Source of the DNA: Saccostrea cucullata
Lineage: Eukaryota
DNA: 64,000 bases
Assembly: GCF_032062105.1 (NCBI RefSeq)
Contig: NW_026920697.1
Location: 62,001-126,000 of the forward strand
Direction of reading: 5' to 3'
Part shown: piece by piece, positions 13,401 through 26,100 of the stretch
Position numbering within the stretch: the stretch's first letter is position 1
Layout of the letters: each line of letters starts with the position of its first letter
Notes under the pieces: generated by a model
Told to the model about the DNA's origin: nothing
Databases searched by the model: none
What the model saw: only the letters and a program-made list of their open reading frames with translations
Position numbers and translations under genes: made by a program

Positions 13401-15147
13401 ATTTTCTTTCATAGTGAGATGTATTTTGTCTATTTTAGGGCATGTTTCCAGTACCTACAAAGAAGAAGAGCAGTGTCCATCTTGTATTCTATTTATTGGA
13501 AAAAAAACCTACGATGAGATAGTACCTCCGAGACGAGTTCTATCAGAACCAATACCAGAGGATCAGAGGAAGAAATCAACGCAGTTTTCTGACAATAAAG
13601 CAAATTTAGAAAGCAAGACTCGAACAAGTCAGGAAAACTTCGAATTTTTAACAGATGCTTCGAAATTAGCTTCTCGTGAAATTGTTTTTAAAAATGAATT
13701 CAAAAGACCAATCAGCACGCCAGAATATACAGCGTCAGGATATACTCCAAACATAAAACCAAAAACTATGTCTCGATTGGAAACTGTTACTCCACTACAG
13801 GAAATGGATAACGAAGGCATAATATGGAGTCCATCCGTGGTGTCTGGATATTCTTCGAAGGCAAAATATTATGACAGACCCTCATCCGTTGGGGCAGTTC
13901 CAAAAGATACCAGACAAAGCACTAGCAAAACCGAACAAAAGGCTAAGCAATATGCTTCTTTAAACACGCAGCCAGAAACAAAGTATGCATGGCAGAAAAC
14001 TAACCTTGTCCCAAAAGACGAAAATGATGTTTATAAACCAACGTTTCCTCAACCAACTCTCTCATCACCCTCGGCTAGCGATAAGAAACAAACCGATAGG
14101 AAAAGTGTCTACACCTCAAAAGAACTTTATACACCTACCCACATTAAGAGCGCTGAACCAAATGGTGCAGATGTGGGACTTGATAAAGGAAAAGTGAGTT
14201 ATGAGACCGAAAAACACTCTGAAATTTTATCTACGTCACAGGTATTCGAAAGACAATTGAAGCCCATGAGAAGTCCCATAGATATCGATATCAGCTTTGA
14301 CCTTGCCAAAGAAAAGGAAGCTCAAGTACCGGTTACAAAGACGACCCGCAAAGAAGCAACGTCGTCCAATCTGGAGAAAAGATCAACAGGGGATGAACAT
14401 AAGAGACCTTCACTTTCCAAATGTCCAAATGGTAAGATTCAACATTAAGGGCATGTTAAATTATGTGGTTATACTTAAAAGTTTGCTAAAACACAATGCA
14501 TTTGCTGTCACACGTTTGAGGTGATTCTTCAAATAATTTCAATTGTAGCTTGAATAGGTATACCAATGAGTAGTAGCTGATTTTAACTAGAGAGAGATTT
14601 CATAAATTCAGATTTGATAGAAACATTTTTTAATGTCAAGGGATAGTATGTAACAACAACAATATTGGGTCTAGATCGATATTATCTCTGGAAAAATTTA
14701 TATTGGCATGTCGTATTAACTTGCTGCACAATGTAATCGGAATCAGCTAGAACTTGTCAATGGAATTGCCATTACTTCCTGGCGGAGGGTTGCAAATTTA
14801 AATTTATACTTACACTGTATACTCAGCACTGAGGACCATTGAACAGTGAGGGATCTTTTTCGTGCCAGCACTTACTGCGACACAGGTTAATAAGAGGACT
14901 GCCTGATCAGCGGGTTTTCTCAAAAAGTAAACTTAGGACAAAGGACCAAAATATTCAGTGATATGCGTTTTTGACATTATATCATAAATCAAATACAGGT
15001 CATTTTTATATCAGTATTATTATGATTATACATGAAGTTTGATATGATGAGAAGTTTCTGTTATATGCTTTTGTTACAGGTCATCTAATGCTAAGAAACG
15101 AGATCCAGTGTCGCTGGTGCAGCAGAAGTTATGACAGTGAGGTGTAA
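7414..15147 (+). CDS. ZNFX1: NFX1-type zinc finger-containing protein 1 (UPF1-like SF1 RNA helicase). Exons 7414-13345, 13439-14431, 15080-15147
   Basis: RGG-rich N-terminus; PPDDFRELSVLPT and YLDIQFRLLREDY; WESSRRLLYGSLLCLS; IQGPPGTGKT, VEEAAEV, LIGDHKQLRP, SLFERM, QHRMRPEI, VDNFQGEE, NRICVALSRA; long NF-X1-type Cys/His array; ATG follows a TTTCAG acceptor; GT-AG introns restore two C-x-N-G-H motifs. Confidence 0.95.
14770..14886 (-). mobile_element. SINE fragment (Meta/MESC-like core) in the last ZNFX1 intron
   Basis: GAGGGTTGCAAATTT...CCATTGAACAGTGAGGGATCTTTTTCGTGCCAGCACTTACTGCGACAC is inverse-similar to 26190-26285. Confidence 0.55.
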
Positions 15148-17099
15148 TGCTAAATAATACAAATTAAGTAGACAAACAGGCCAATTAAGCTTTGGTTAAA
15201 TACATTTTATACAGTTTTAGAAAATAATTACTTTCTAGATTTTAGCAAAGAAATGATGTATTGTACATATTTTGGTTTCGAATACCCTTCAGCTCTTTGT
15301 ACTTTTAAATGTATCATGGTTACAGAGGGTCTGTTTTATTTTATTACAAATTTTAATCTTCGAGGTAAAGTAAATGCTATATGTTATCTATAAAATAAAG
15401 TATGGAAAAGGGAAACAAAAAAAAAAAAATAGATGCAGTTATATCCGCATACACGGTATGTGTCACGAGTAAATATGTGTAATCAGCAATTTCATATCTT
15501 AGGAAATTTCTTAAATTCCTTTTCTATATTTTCTGGAAGGAAATGCTGCATACAGTAAAACTTGTCTTATCCGGATGTTGTAAATTCCGAAATCTTGTCT
15601 AATGCGATGGAATTTTTTTTTTTTTTTTTTTTTGTATATAAAATCCCTTTCAGTATATTCAATTATTAAAGATGTTGTCTTACCCCATCGTCGCAAACCA
15701 CTGCCAAAATGTAGGACCCTCTCCCATTCAGGAGATAGTGGACTCTGAACCGTGGCTTCAGACGATGGGCTTATCCGGAATACTGTGTTATCCGGTCAAT
15801 TTGTTTGGAACCAGTGGAGAATTTAGTTTCACTTGTATATTTACTGAATTTTCTATTACTTTATAAACAATGAGGGAGTCATTTTTTGTGTGTCAGAAAA
15901 ATGTATGTCGTATTCCATTTTCTACCCCAATCGCCACCATGATCGAAATAAAATGTAACAATTTGATACATAACTACAGGATACCGAATAGAAACAAACA
16001 AAATACATCAAACTTTATAAAGTTTTTTTTCCGAATCGGTCACCCCAAATTTAACTACAAAATCTATTGAAATTTGGTAGTTAAACCTATGTGTTGTTTT
16101 GAGATGTGTAGTAATAGCTACCAGCAATTTCAAAATTTTTGTACCCTATTTTTTTGTATCGTATATTACTGTAACATGATTGAGTTGTAGATTTCAGATT
16201 TAATAGTAATGCTGCTGGAAATTGAAGTCTGTACACTTGAAGTTTGTACACCTATAGAATTCCAATTCTAACAAAATAAATACATTGTAAATAAACAAAA
16301 CCAAAACAAATAAAAAAAAAGAGAAGAAAAAACAAAAAAAGAGAGAAAAAAACAAAACGAACACAAAACAAAACAATAAAAAAAACTAACAACATTTAAA
16401 AATGATTAATTTATCAACTAGAATATATTCTTTCGATCATTGACATATACTTGAGGTTTCGCACATGATGATATTAGATGTAAATGAATGGCTATCAATC
16501 AATATTATAATTTATCAATACTTTCAAAGAAAAAAATTGTAATATCTATAATTACATCGGGTATTTATAAATATTTCATTAATATTTCATTAATATGTAT
16601 ATCAGAACAGGATAGTGTTTCTAGGAATTCCTTAATGACAATGCTAAATCGTGATAGATTCAAAAAGATATCAAAGCGATAAGTAACGCCTCATGTAACA
16701 GGTAGATAAAGGAGATACACGAAAAGAAAGGCTATATCGCATAAACTCATGCATGCTCGGTATAAAAAAGAACAAGAGCAATGTAGTTGAGAAAAAAACG
16801 AGTAGAGAATACTGTATATATTCGTACAGTGTACCGACTACTGTGAGTGAGAAACAATGAATAAGGCTTTTCTAGATCCTAGCATGTAGAAAAGTTAAAA
16901 TGGAGTAATTGCAAAACACCAAGTGTTTGCAAATTAAATCATATACAAGCGTTTAAAATTGAATTTGAAGATTTGTAAAGTGAATGAATCCCCCCGTTTG
17001 GGGGATAGTTTGTTAAACCCCGCCACGCGGGTGCCGAACTGTAATCATTTTGTCTAACGTCTTTCGATCCTTTCCGTAGGGTGCTTCGACTTTTTTTTG

Positions 17100-17508
17100 G
17101 TTATACCTTTAAAAATTTGTTCCTGTACATATCTTTACGAAAAAATCTAACATTTCTAATGTTTTGATGAGCGGGTGTAAAAAATCGATGTTGGACCGGT
17201 CGATGAGATGTTGGACCGCTTACGTCACAGAATGGGCGGAGCTTAATCTCTTTTTCATTCGTTGGTGTTCAACAGTGACGGACCTGAGGTTACATCACGG
17301 AAGACAGTACAAAATATATATTACAAAAAAATGAAAATGAAAGGTATAACAAAACATTTATTGACTAATGTATGTTCTAGGGCAAAATGCGTTTTGTCGA
17401 CCCTCGAACCAAACTGTCTGCGTTCGGCCTAAAGGTCTCAGACAGACAGTTTGGTTCTTGGGTTCGACAAAACGCATATTGCCCTCGAAATCAGTCAATA
17501 ATTGTATA
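17100..17508. repeat. Interspersed repeat, copy 1, ending in a long hairpin
   Basis: ~400 bp highly similar to 18457-18868; GGGCAAAATGCGTTTTGTCGACCCTCGAACCAAACTGTCTG...CAGACAGTTTGGTTCTTGGGTTCGACAAAACGCATATTGCCC. Confidence 0.8.
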
Positions 17509-18456
17509 TTTTAAAATATCCAAAAATATATGCATTTCTAATTGTTTTTTTTTCTGTGATAACTCTTTGAAAGATAGGTAAGTTGATTTCTTGATAATCA
17601 AACCTGAATATAAATTTTGCAAGTGAAATGCCAAGAGACTGAAATGCATGTCGATCTCGTGTGGCTGTCTTTGCTACAGGTACTTGTGGACAGACTTATA
17701 GTAGGGTATTTTTTGTTGAGCGAATATTTTGGGGTTTTTACGATTTATTCCAGTTGTACACGTAATGAATACTATAGTAAGTGTATTAAATATAATTTGT
17801 GAAAAAAATGTCCAGTAAGCCCCGGGATTAAATATGGGGGGGGGGGGGGTCCTGTCCACAAGTACCTGTGGTCTTTGCCAGACGTCAGTTGGTGGGGACT
17901 ATTGACATGGGGGGGAGGGGGGGGGGGCTCGTGTATTTTTTTGTTAAAAAATCCATCAGACAGGTTTCTCCTTATAACTTTAGATTGAGAAGAGATAGGG
18001 CTTTCATATTTGACATGTGTATTACCTGTGACAAGATACCTCCGAGCATGCAACTGACCCCTTGTCCTTTACGATTGGCCTAATATTTTTTTTTTAAAAA
18101 CTTCAACTTTGGTGATAACTTCTGAATGACATATGAAAGGGCGTCCATATTTCACACAATATCATGAATATGCCGTAAACATGACATTTTCCCACAAAGA
18201 CACCGAAAGCGAGGGAACGACATTTCTTTGAATTTGCTTGTTCTCTTTCAATTAGCCAATGCCCCTCCTTTCAATTTACTTCCGACGCCAATGCCTTACA
18301 TCAGAAAATTCTGACGCCTGTATTATGATTGAAAGATATTATCGATGGTTTATCACAGTCTTGTCAAAAAAAAAAATGTTCTCTTGGATAAGAAAATAGA
18401 AAATTCATTTTCAATTCTATCTAATATGACTGATGAGTATACAATATAATAATTTG

Positions 18457-18868
18457 TTATACCTTTAAAAATTTGTTCCTATACAAATCCATACGAAAAA
18501 AAGTCTAACATTTCTAATGTTTTGCTGAGCGGGCATAAAAAATCGATGTTGGATCGCTGAATGTAGTGAATGAGATGTTGGACCGCTTACGTCACAGAAT
18601 GGGCGGAGCTTAATCTCATGTCATTCGTTGGTGTTTAAAAGTGACGGTCTTGTTGTTACATCACGAAAGACAGTACAAAGTACATTTAAAAACAATAATA
18701 AAATGAAAGGTATAACAAAACATGTATTGACTGATTTCTCGAGCAAAATGCGTTTTGTCGACCCTCGAACCAAACTATCTGCCTTCGGCCTAACGGCCTC
18801 AGGCAGACAGTTTGGTTCTTGGGTCCGACAAAACGCATGTTGTCCTCGAACTCAGTCAATAAATGTAT
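18457..18868. repeat. Interspersed repeat, copy 2
   Basis: Direct repeat of 17100-17508; both copies yield the same spurious ORF MRFVDPRTKLSAFGL. Confidence 0.8.
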
Positions 18869-20497
18869 AATATTATACTTTCATGTAGTTGAATCTGATT
18901 GATCGAGAAACATTTGTTAAAAAACACTATTACCCGCTGAATAATGAAGCCACGCCCTCCAGCATAGCAACAGTCAACAGTGCTTGACGACGGGTGATAT
19001 TCCAAACAAAATAGCGACTGCGCAGAATTTATGCGCGCACGGTTCACTGTTATATGTATTTGTATAAAACATTCAGTATAATAAAATAAATATTGCATGT
19101 AGTTGAGTGTAACATTGAAAATTTTCACCCCAAGAAAACCATTGTCAACCTCGGCTTACGGTATATAATGTTCTTTGGTTTGCAATATAGATGCCCTCCC
19201 TTGCTGACATTGTCTCTATTTTTGCAAAGGCGGGTGCGGCCAGATAACAGGATGTTTGCTTCTGCAAGGCATCTGATCCAACCTCTCGAATGTTTGGAGG
19301 TCTGTACGTGTTGTAGCCCCCTCCCCTTTGTATCATTCTGTATTGTTTGTAAATGTTTTTTTCTTAGATCACTCGCTATTCGTTATCTTAAGTTTTTCAT
19401 TGAAATGTGTTGCTTTTTTCAGTGCTATAATATAGTTAATATTCACCTTCAATTCTTTAAAGTAAATATGATTTTTATCTAGAACCATGTTGAATTTCTA
19501 TAGTTTAAACAATTCTGTACATCGTTATGCTTCTATACTAAAGTTAAATTGATAATAAAATTATTAAAGGCATGCGATTAATATACGGCATATGCCTTAA
19601 ACTATTGACAAAGGCTAAACATGTAGTATTTAAACAGACACTGTTTTAAAAAGCTTCAAAGGAATTGTTTTAAGTGAAAAAAATATTTAAAATAACCATT
19701 TAAAAGTTGAAATTCCCCAGCAACCTAAATGTTCATTGCATCAGTTTATGTTTGTGAAAAATGTATTACTTAACGTTGCATTTTTTAAAAGCTGTCTTTA
19801 TGAATATTTTTAGAATACTAGTCAACTACTCAAGAATAAAATAAAATTGTTTGCATTGAGACCTGTGTTTACTTTCGCTCTTATGTTGTTTTAAAATAGT
19901 GTTAATAAATAAACTTTGTGAGTTACATTCGTTTATTTTCTTTTTTTTCCATTTTTGTCAACTTGGTCGACTTACGTCTTAGGACACCTAAATCTATCTA
20001 TTTTTGTCCGTCATCATCCGTCGGGTAAGGGTGTTAAAATCATCAAAATCTTTAAAATATCTTTACGACGTACTGGCCATCAAGAAGTTGAACTTTATTC
20101 TTGCTTTTAATAAGCATTGAACACTCTATCCAGACTAATAAATTCTTGGGTAAAAGATTCTACAGCCAAATTTAATGTCCATGTTGCATAAATTCCTTAT
20201 TCCATATAAAACATTTCCCTTTTAATTAAGCAGATAAACGAGGCGCATGTTAACACAAGCAAGTGTGTCCGTCTCAAAATTGTAAACATTATGGCCCCCG
20301 GATTAAGAAACGGAAGGGGGGAAGTTGGTTGGATTCAGGTGTTCCAGACTCTTTTGATTCTGTGGAAATCTTCTCTACTCGGGCTGCTTTCTCAGCAGAT
20401 AAAATAAGTGTACTGTTAAAAGAGCAAGTGTACCGTATGGTGTCTGAATAAAACTAAAGCACTGATTTCTTAGTCTATAAGGTAAAGTTTACTTCTC

Positions 20498-20841
20498 CAT
20501 GCGCGGATCTGGGGGGGGGGGGGGGGGGGTCAGGACCCCCCACCTGTAATTTGCAAGATTATTAAATTCATATACTAAAGCAAGATAAAAGTTACCTTGG
20601 ACCCCCCCCCCCCCTCGGAAAACTCAGACCCCCCTGATAAACGCATATTTGTGTTAAATCGGTATGAAAAGTCAAAGATTTGAAGTATTAGAAGTCATCG
20701 ACTCCCCCCCCCCCCCCCCCCCACGAAATAGGAGTTTGGAGTTGTTAAGGTTTTTTTTTTTTGCTTGTCAAGAAATTTGTGGGTTGGATTTTTTTTGGAC
20801 AGGGGTGGACCCCCCTGGAAAAAATTTATGGATCCGCACCT
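20498..20841. mobile_element. Small MITE-like element with G/C homopolymer runs
   Basis: Imperfect inverted ends CATGCGCGGATCT ... GGATCCGCACCTG. Confidence 0.45.
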
Positions 20842-21308
20842 GTTCTCTATAGTATTCCTAAAACTGAATCAGGGTTTGGCATAAATTACCTAGAGAGCAT
20901 ATCTTTTGACTTTTGTGGTCTTAGAATGCAAAATATCCAGAACATATCTAAAGGACACCACTATGATGCTTTTTAAAACAACATTCACAAATACAATATT
21001 CAGAACATATCTTTTTAATGTCAACGATATTTTCTACGAAGCATACACTGTAGTTAAAAAGTATTGGGTTTTATTTGTGAGCAATTCACACATGTAATGC
21101 AATAAAAGATATAAATGTCACTGAGAAAAAAATGGAGGAATTGAAGGTATTATTAGGCAAGAAATGACTTAATGATACAAAAAATCTTTTAAAAGATTAA
21201 TTGCGAATAATTTCCTTTTTTAAAACGCTTGCTTACTTTAATCATATTTGAAAATACATGAGAACGCAATGATTTTAAACCATTATGAAGCTGACCCTAA
21301 TAGCGACC

Positions 21309-22916
21309 TTAGCTGAGAGACACTCGGTTTGTTGGTCCTCTATGAATGGGCGGAATCGAGGCGGGGACTGAATCTGTCCTCTTTGGTTTCCATGGAGACC
21401 TGGGACTGTACGTGTAGCACTTGGGTATGCTCACGTGACGTTCAGCGAGATTTTGATTGGAGTCAGGTAGGACATACGTCACTCCGAGATCTTTTACCGC
21501 AAATTTCTGAATTGGAGGAATGTTGACTGTGTTCCCTGTAGTCGTCTCCTTCTTTGTTAAGCAAGCTTTAAAGCCGTTTCGCCGATAGAGAAAGTCAATT
21601 CTACTTGGATTTCTCTCGGGGGCCCATCGAACCGGTGGAATATTTGGTGCACACTTTTCGTGAATAAACTTTGACCTTTGAAGATAAAAACCCTCTGTAA
21701 ATTCAATGTTAGGAGTATCTTTTGGGGATACATAATTTGTCAAAGACTTCTCTCTTAACATTTTTTGTGGAGAAGACTTTGTCATTTTACAAGGTGACAC
21801 GATATTAGAGTACCGTCTAGGGACTGGAGATACGGGGGTGGATCCTACAGAAGAGGTTGGCGGAACGGGAGGAGGAGACCTGTGTTTAAAGATCATTTCT
21901 TCCTCTGCGACAGGCGTAGAGGACGAAGCGGTATTTCGAGATTGCCGAGAAAATCTTTCATAGAAATCATGGCTGTAATTTATCGTATCGATATCCTTGA
22001 ATAACGGTTTAGGTGTAACTTGCTGAATGTCACACAGAATACATTCATCATTATTAACATCTGAAGCAAAGCCTTTCCTCCACTTAATTATTCGGCGATA
22101 ATATTCCTCCCTGGCGTGCGAGCCGAGCTGAGGATAGTGACAGAGTGTATTCCACACTTTTTTACCAAACCACTTCTCTGGCACATCGTCTTCCGTGGCG
22201 TTACCGAGCGGTACTTTATGTACTTTACATTTCTTTTTCTTCTTCAGTTTTTCCAGACGTTTCCCCTCTTGTTTATTACATACGTGCAATCGAAATATTC
22301 CACCAAAAATAGTTTCCCCATCCTGTTTCAGGGTTCCTAGTTCTTTGATTGGTAACTTTTTCATTTTTACCTTCTTGTTTATCGGGCGAAGTAAATCCTT
22401 TCCCCTTTTCCTCATTCTCTGTTTGGATACTTTTGGTACCACGTTTTCTTCTTCGTCTCTGACAGAAGCGAACTCCTGTAAAACATCGGGAGCAGTAGGG
22501 GAGTTGGTGTGTTCTTGTTTTGCTTCTTCTCGGTATTCATTTTTCTCCTGTTTTCTACAATTAATTTGGTTTTCTGAAGATTCTTTTAACGCATCAGCAG
22601 AGCTACTGTTATTGTGTTTCCCCTCTAGACCATCATATTCATTAATAAGAAGTTCTGCATTTTCCAAAGAATGTAAAGAATTTTTTTGTGTCGAATAATT
22701 TTTCTCCATAGAGCAAGATATTATGGCAGCATTTCCTTTTTCATCTCTAAGTCGTGAACAAGTTTCATATTCAAATTTTGTATTTATTTCCTTTCGGTTT
22801 CCCGAGTTCTTTGGCTTTTCTGGCCTCGGTGTATTTTTTGGAGGTTCACATCCTTGGCAAGGGTAATTACTTTCACCATCTACTTCCTTTTTTGTCGTGA
22901 GATTGGAAAAAGACAT
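21309..22916 (-). CDS. Uncharacterised single-exon 535-aa protein (basic, S/P-rich, largely disordered, with a central ordered segment)
   Basis: 1.6-kb ATG-initiated open frame in AT-rich DNA; no recognised domain. Confidence 0.75.
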   Translation of the reverse strand: MSFSNLTTKKEVDGESNYPCQGCEPPKNTPRPEKPKNSGNRKEINTKFEYETCSRLRDEKGNAAIISCSMEKNYSTQKNSLHSLENAELLINEYDGLEGKHNNSSSADALKESSENQINCRKQEKNEYREEAKQEHTNSPTAPDVLQEFASVRDEEENVVPKVSKQRMRKRGKDLLRPINKKVKMKKLPIKELGTLKQDGETIFGGIFRLHVCNKQEGKRLEKLKKKKKCKVHKVPLGNATEDDVPEKWFGKKVWNTLCHYPQLGSHAREEYYRRIIKWRKGFASDVNNDECILCDIQQVTPKPLFKDIDTINYSHDFYERFSRQSRNTASSSTPVAEEEMIFKHRSPPPVPPTSSVGSTPVSPVPRRYSNIVSPCKMTKSSPQKMLREKSLTNYVSPKDTPNIEFTEGFYLQRSKFIHEKCAPNIPPVRWAPERNPSRIDFLYRRNGFKACLTKKETTTGNTVNIPPIQKFAVKDLGVTYVLPDSNQNLAERHVSIPKCYTYSPRSPWKPKRTDSVPASIPPIHRGPTNRVSLS

Positions 22917-22952
22917 ACTTTCTAGATCTAACCCATGACACTATGTTGCTAA

Positions 22953-23023
22953 TGACTCAGATACATAGATGACGTCATAGACAAAATCGATAGAAAAAGT
23001 GTTACGTCACAATAGTAACGTCA
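22953..23023. promoter_or_regulatory. AP-1/CRE-like bZIP site cluster upstream of the 535-aa ORF
   Basis: TGACTCA 22953, TGACGTCA 22970, TTACGTCA 23002, TAACGTCA 23016. Confidence 0.4.
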
Positions 23024-23135
23024 TAATACAACAATGAAGGTAAATAATGAAAGACATCAAATCATTATCTCACACCCTTTTCAGTGTAAATGAAAGAAAG
23101 CACAGACATGTGTCTAGACAGTACGTAGAAATGCA

Positions 23136-26100
23136 TTATCTATCTTTTTTGGCCGCTGTTGACATCCTATTAACGACTTTGTTAATTTGTTCGGGTGTGG
23201 GGTCCAAAAATATATTGTCTTTGTTTGAAGGTTCTTGTTTACTTGGCACTTTATCATTACTTTCTATCGTATATGGCTTTCGGGCAAGTGGATCGACTTT
23301 CTGTATTAACACAATACCATCCGGTGGATTAGCCCAGGGCTGCTCCTCACCTGTCAAAGTACAGGGGGTCTTACGTCACAAAATATTTAAGAAAATCTAG
23401 AATATTGACATTTGCCACAAACCGAAGTAATTTAACACAAAATATAAAATCCAATACAATACCTGATCCAAAAACTAAAAACACCAAGGCAGCAAATAGT
23501 ACTATTGCCCCTGTGACGTAAAAAGTGAAGTTCCATCCCCTCAAACTCTACAAAAATATATAGCTGTTTAAAATGAAATAATATCTTTAGGTGGTATCAT
23601 GTAACTTGATCAAATGAAACAATTTATCTTTTACTTTTGAAATTTACAACTGATATGTACTCACATTTGGAGACAAAAATTCTCCGGCAACAAGTGGAGT
23701 GATCACTCCCGCCAAAGCAGCGAAGGATGACGACACACTCACTATGATGTTGGCATAGCGACTGGAAAGGTCGTAATAGTTTACCTGCCACCCTTAACAG
23801 AAAGTCAAAATGTCAATTTAGGGAAAAAGTGTTTTCAATGTTTTAAAATTCTGTAGTTTTAAATTTTATGGTTAGCAAAGCAACTGGATAGGTCGTAATA
23901 CTGTACTTGCCATCTGAGAGGTGAAACCATTTCAATACCAATGTGGGAGAGAAACAAAACCAGTTGACATTAAATGCTTTGTATAATTATCATTTTTAAT
24001 ATTATAATGAGTCAGTCTTAACAAAATAGTAAGTACCGGAGACAGAAAGGCCAAAGAAGCCCATGGCTAACGAAAGAACAACAAGAACGGATGCCCCTGT
24101 CTGAAGGAGGGTCAACACGAAAAAGCAGGCGCCTTGTAATATAAAACCTGCAAAAAATAGATAAATAAATAAAAAATAAAAAAAAAATAAAAAAAGGAAA
24201 TAAAATTTTATATTCTCTTGTGTTTACAATGCATAATTATGAAATCATTAAATATTTCGTTAGAGTTTTGGACATACCTATCCCTGTCAGCAGTTTCCGG
24301 ATAAAGGTGGTGGAATACTTGGGATTCAGCTGAAGGAAGTCCGCAATGTACCCGCTGGTGAACGTGCATAGAACCAGAAGCACGTGTGGGATCGAGGAAT
24401 ACACGCCATTCTAGTAATTAAATAATAAAATAAATTATATTACAAGTTTTTAACAATTTCATCTTTTCAAAAAAAATGTAAGTATCAAAGAGTTCTCTAA
24501 TTTGCTTCTAATTTGTTTCTTATCAATTAAATAATTTAAATTCATAAATTATAAAATCATGATAATTCACATTAGATTAAACCTTATTTTACCTAAAAGA
24601 CTGATTTAAAAAATACTTACTTCGGCAACGCTAAAACCAAACATACTGAGATAATACGGCTCATTGGTCAGGAGTAAAATAATGACCCAATTTCTGGCAA
24701 AATGGCACAAACATATAGAGACTACGGGTAATGACGTCAGAATCTGCCGGTATGGTACTTTTAAATTCTGCAAAGAACGCCGTAAAATTACCAGTGACTT
24801 GTATTGATTGACGATCGAAATACATGAATTTGTGATAGCCAATTTTAAAATACTCACCTCGTATTCTACAGTATATTCCCCTTGGTTCTTTAAAATATAA
24901 TCGAATTCCGATTGGCTAATTGATGTGTCATGTGATGGTTTCTCAAAGACAAAACATAACCACGCAAAATACCACAGAATGCACATACCGCCTGTTGTAG
25001 AACAAAACGTGATACAGACAGACAAACCGACAAATTATATTAGTACACACGCCTCTCAGAAGATGACTCTTACTTACTCGACACATAGTAGACGTATTCC
25101 CATGAAATGTAGTGAGTAATAAATCCACTTATGGGGAATCCTACGATGGCACCGGTATATGTCCCTAAAACAAACAGATGTACTTTGGAAAATAATACAT
25201 GATTATGAGACTGAATATTTATTCAAATTGACTGGGTTTATGGGCAACAATATACATTTATTGTCTGTATTCGAGGGCAACATGCGTTTTGTTGGACCAA
25301 AGAACCAATTTAACAGTCTTTCTGGGGCTGTTAGGGCATTTTAGGCGAAAAGTTTCGTACGAGGAGTCGACAAAACGCTTTCGCTCTAGAACCCAGTCAA
25401 AAATGTTCTCCCTCCAACTTTCTAGCGATCAATATATATCTACATTGCTCATATCTCGCTATCTAAACCATCCAACATCGATTTTTAAGTATGAAATTAT
25501 CATGATTATATCGGAAACAACTAATGAAAGGCATACGAATTTACTTTAAACTGATTTGCATTTAAATATTCATATATATACTGTCGACACTGCGTTAAAT
25601 CATTCACAGACAATAATGACTAGAAAAAACTCAACCTTGTTTTCTGCCCTTCGTGCATGTTTTGTAATATGATTTGTAGACCATTGTGACATACATTCTG
25701 CTGAACCCACCTGTCAGAACGGCTGCCACAAGACGCCCCCTTTCATTGGCTGTCGTCCAGTGACGTAGTACGCCATAGACTGCTGGATAAAGAAAGCCCT
25801 GGGAAACAAAGAAAATGATTGAAATCGTTCATATAATCATAAACAGTAATGGGATGTTATTTATTAGATTTTCAACAGTGATATATTGTTATTTTGTATG
25901 CTGTATTTTTTCATCGCAACTGGACGTTTTGTCAAAGTGTTAAAACATATATGACAAGTGCGATAAAACTCGAGAATTTCCTTCCTTGGCTTGTTATAAG
26001 AAAGAGAAAATAAACGACCCTGACAGTTTCTCCAAATCTGTATAAAATGTTTTCAATCTCACAACTGTCGTCCATTTGGTTTAGAGGGCTCTAGAATTCG

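Noticed and set aside
7378-14448. 2356-aa ORF as the true ZNFX1 product
   Set aside because: It starts at GTG in intronic sequence, reads through a 93-nt intron and stops inside the next intron
17387-18870. Paralogous small ORFs MRFVDPRTKLSAFGL
   Set aside because: By-products of a duplicated hairpin repeat
22195-22698. 167-aa antisense ORF (and similar antisense ORFs within ZNFX1)
   Set aside because: Shadow frames of real coding sequence
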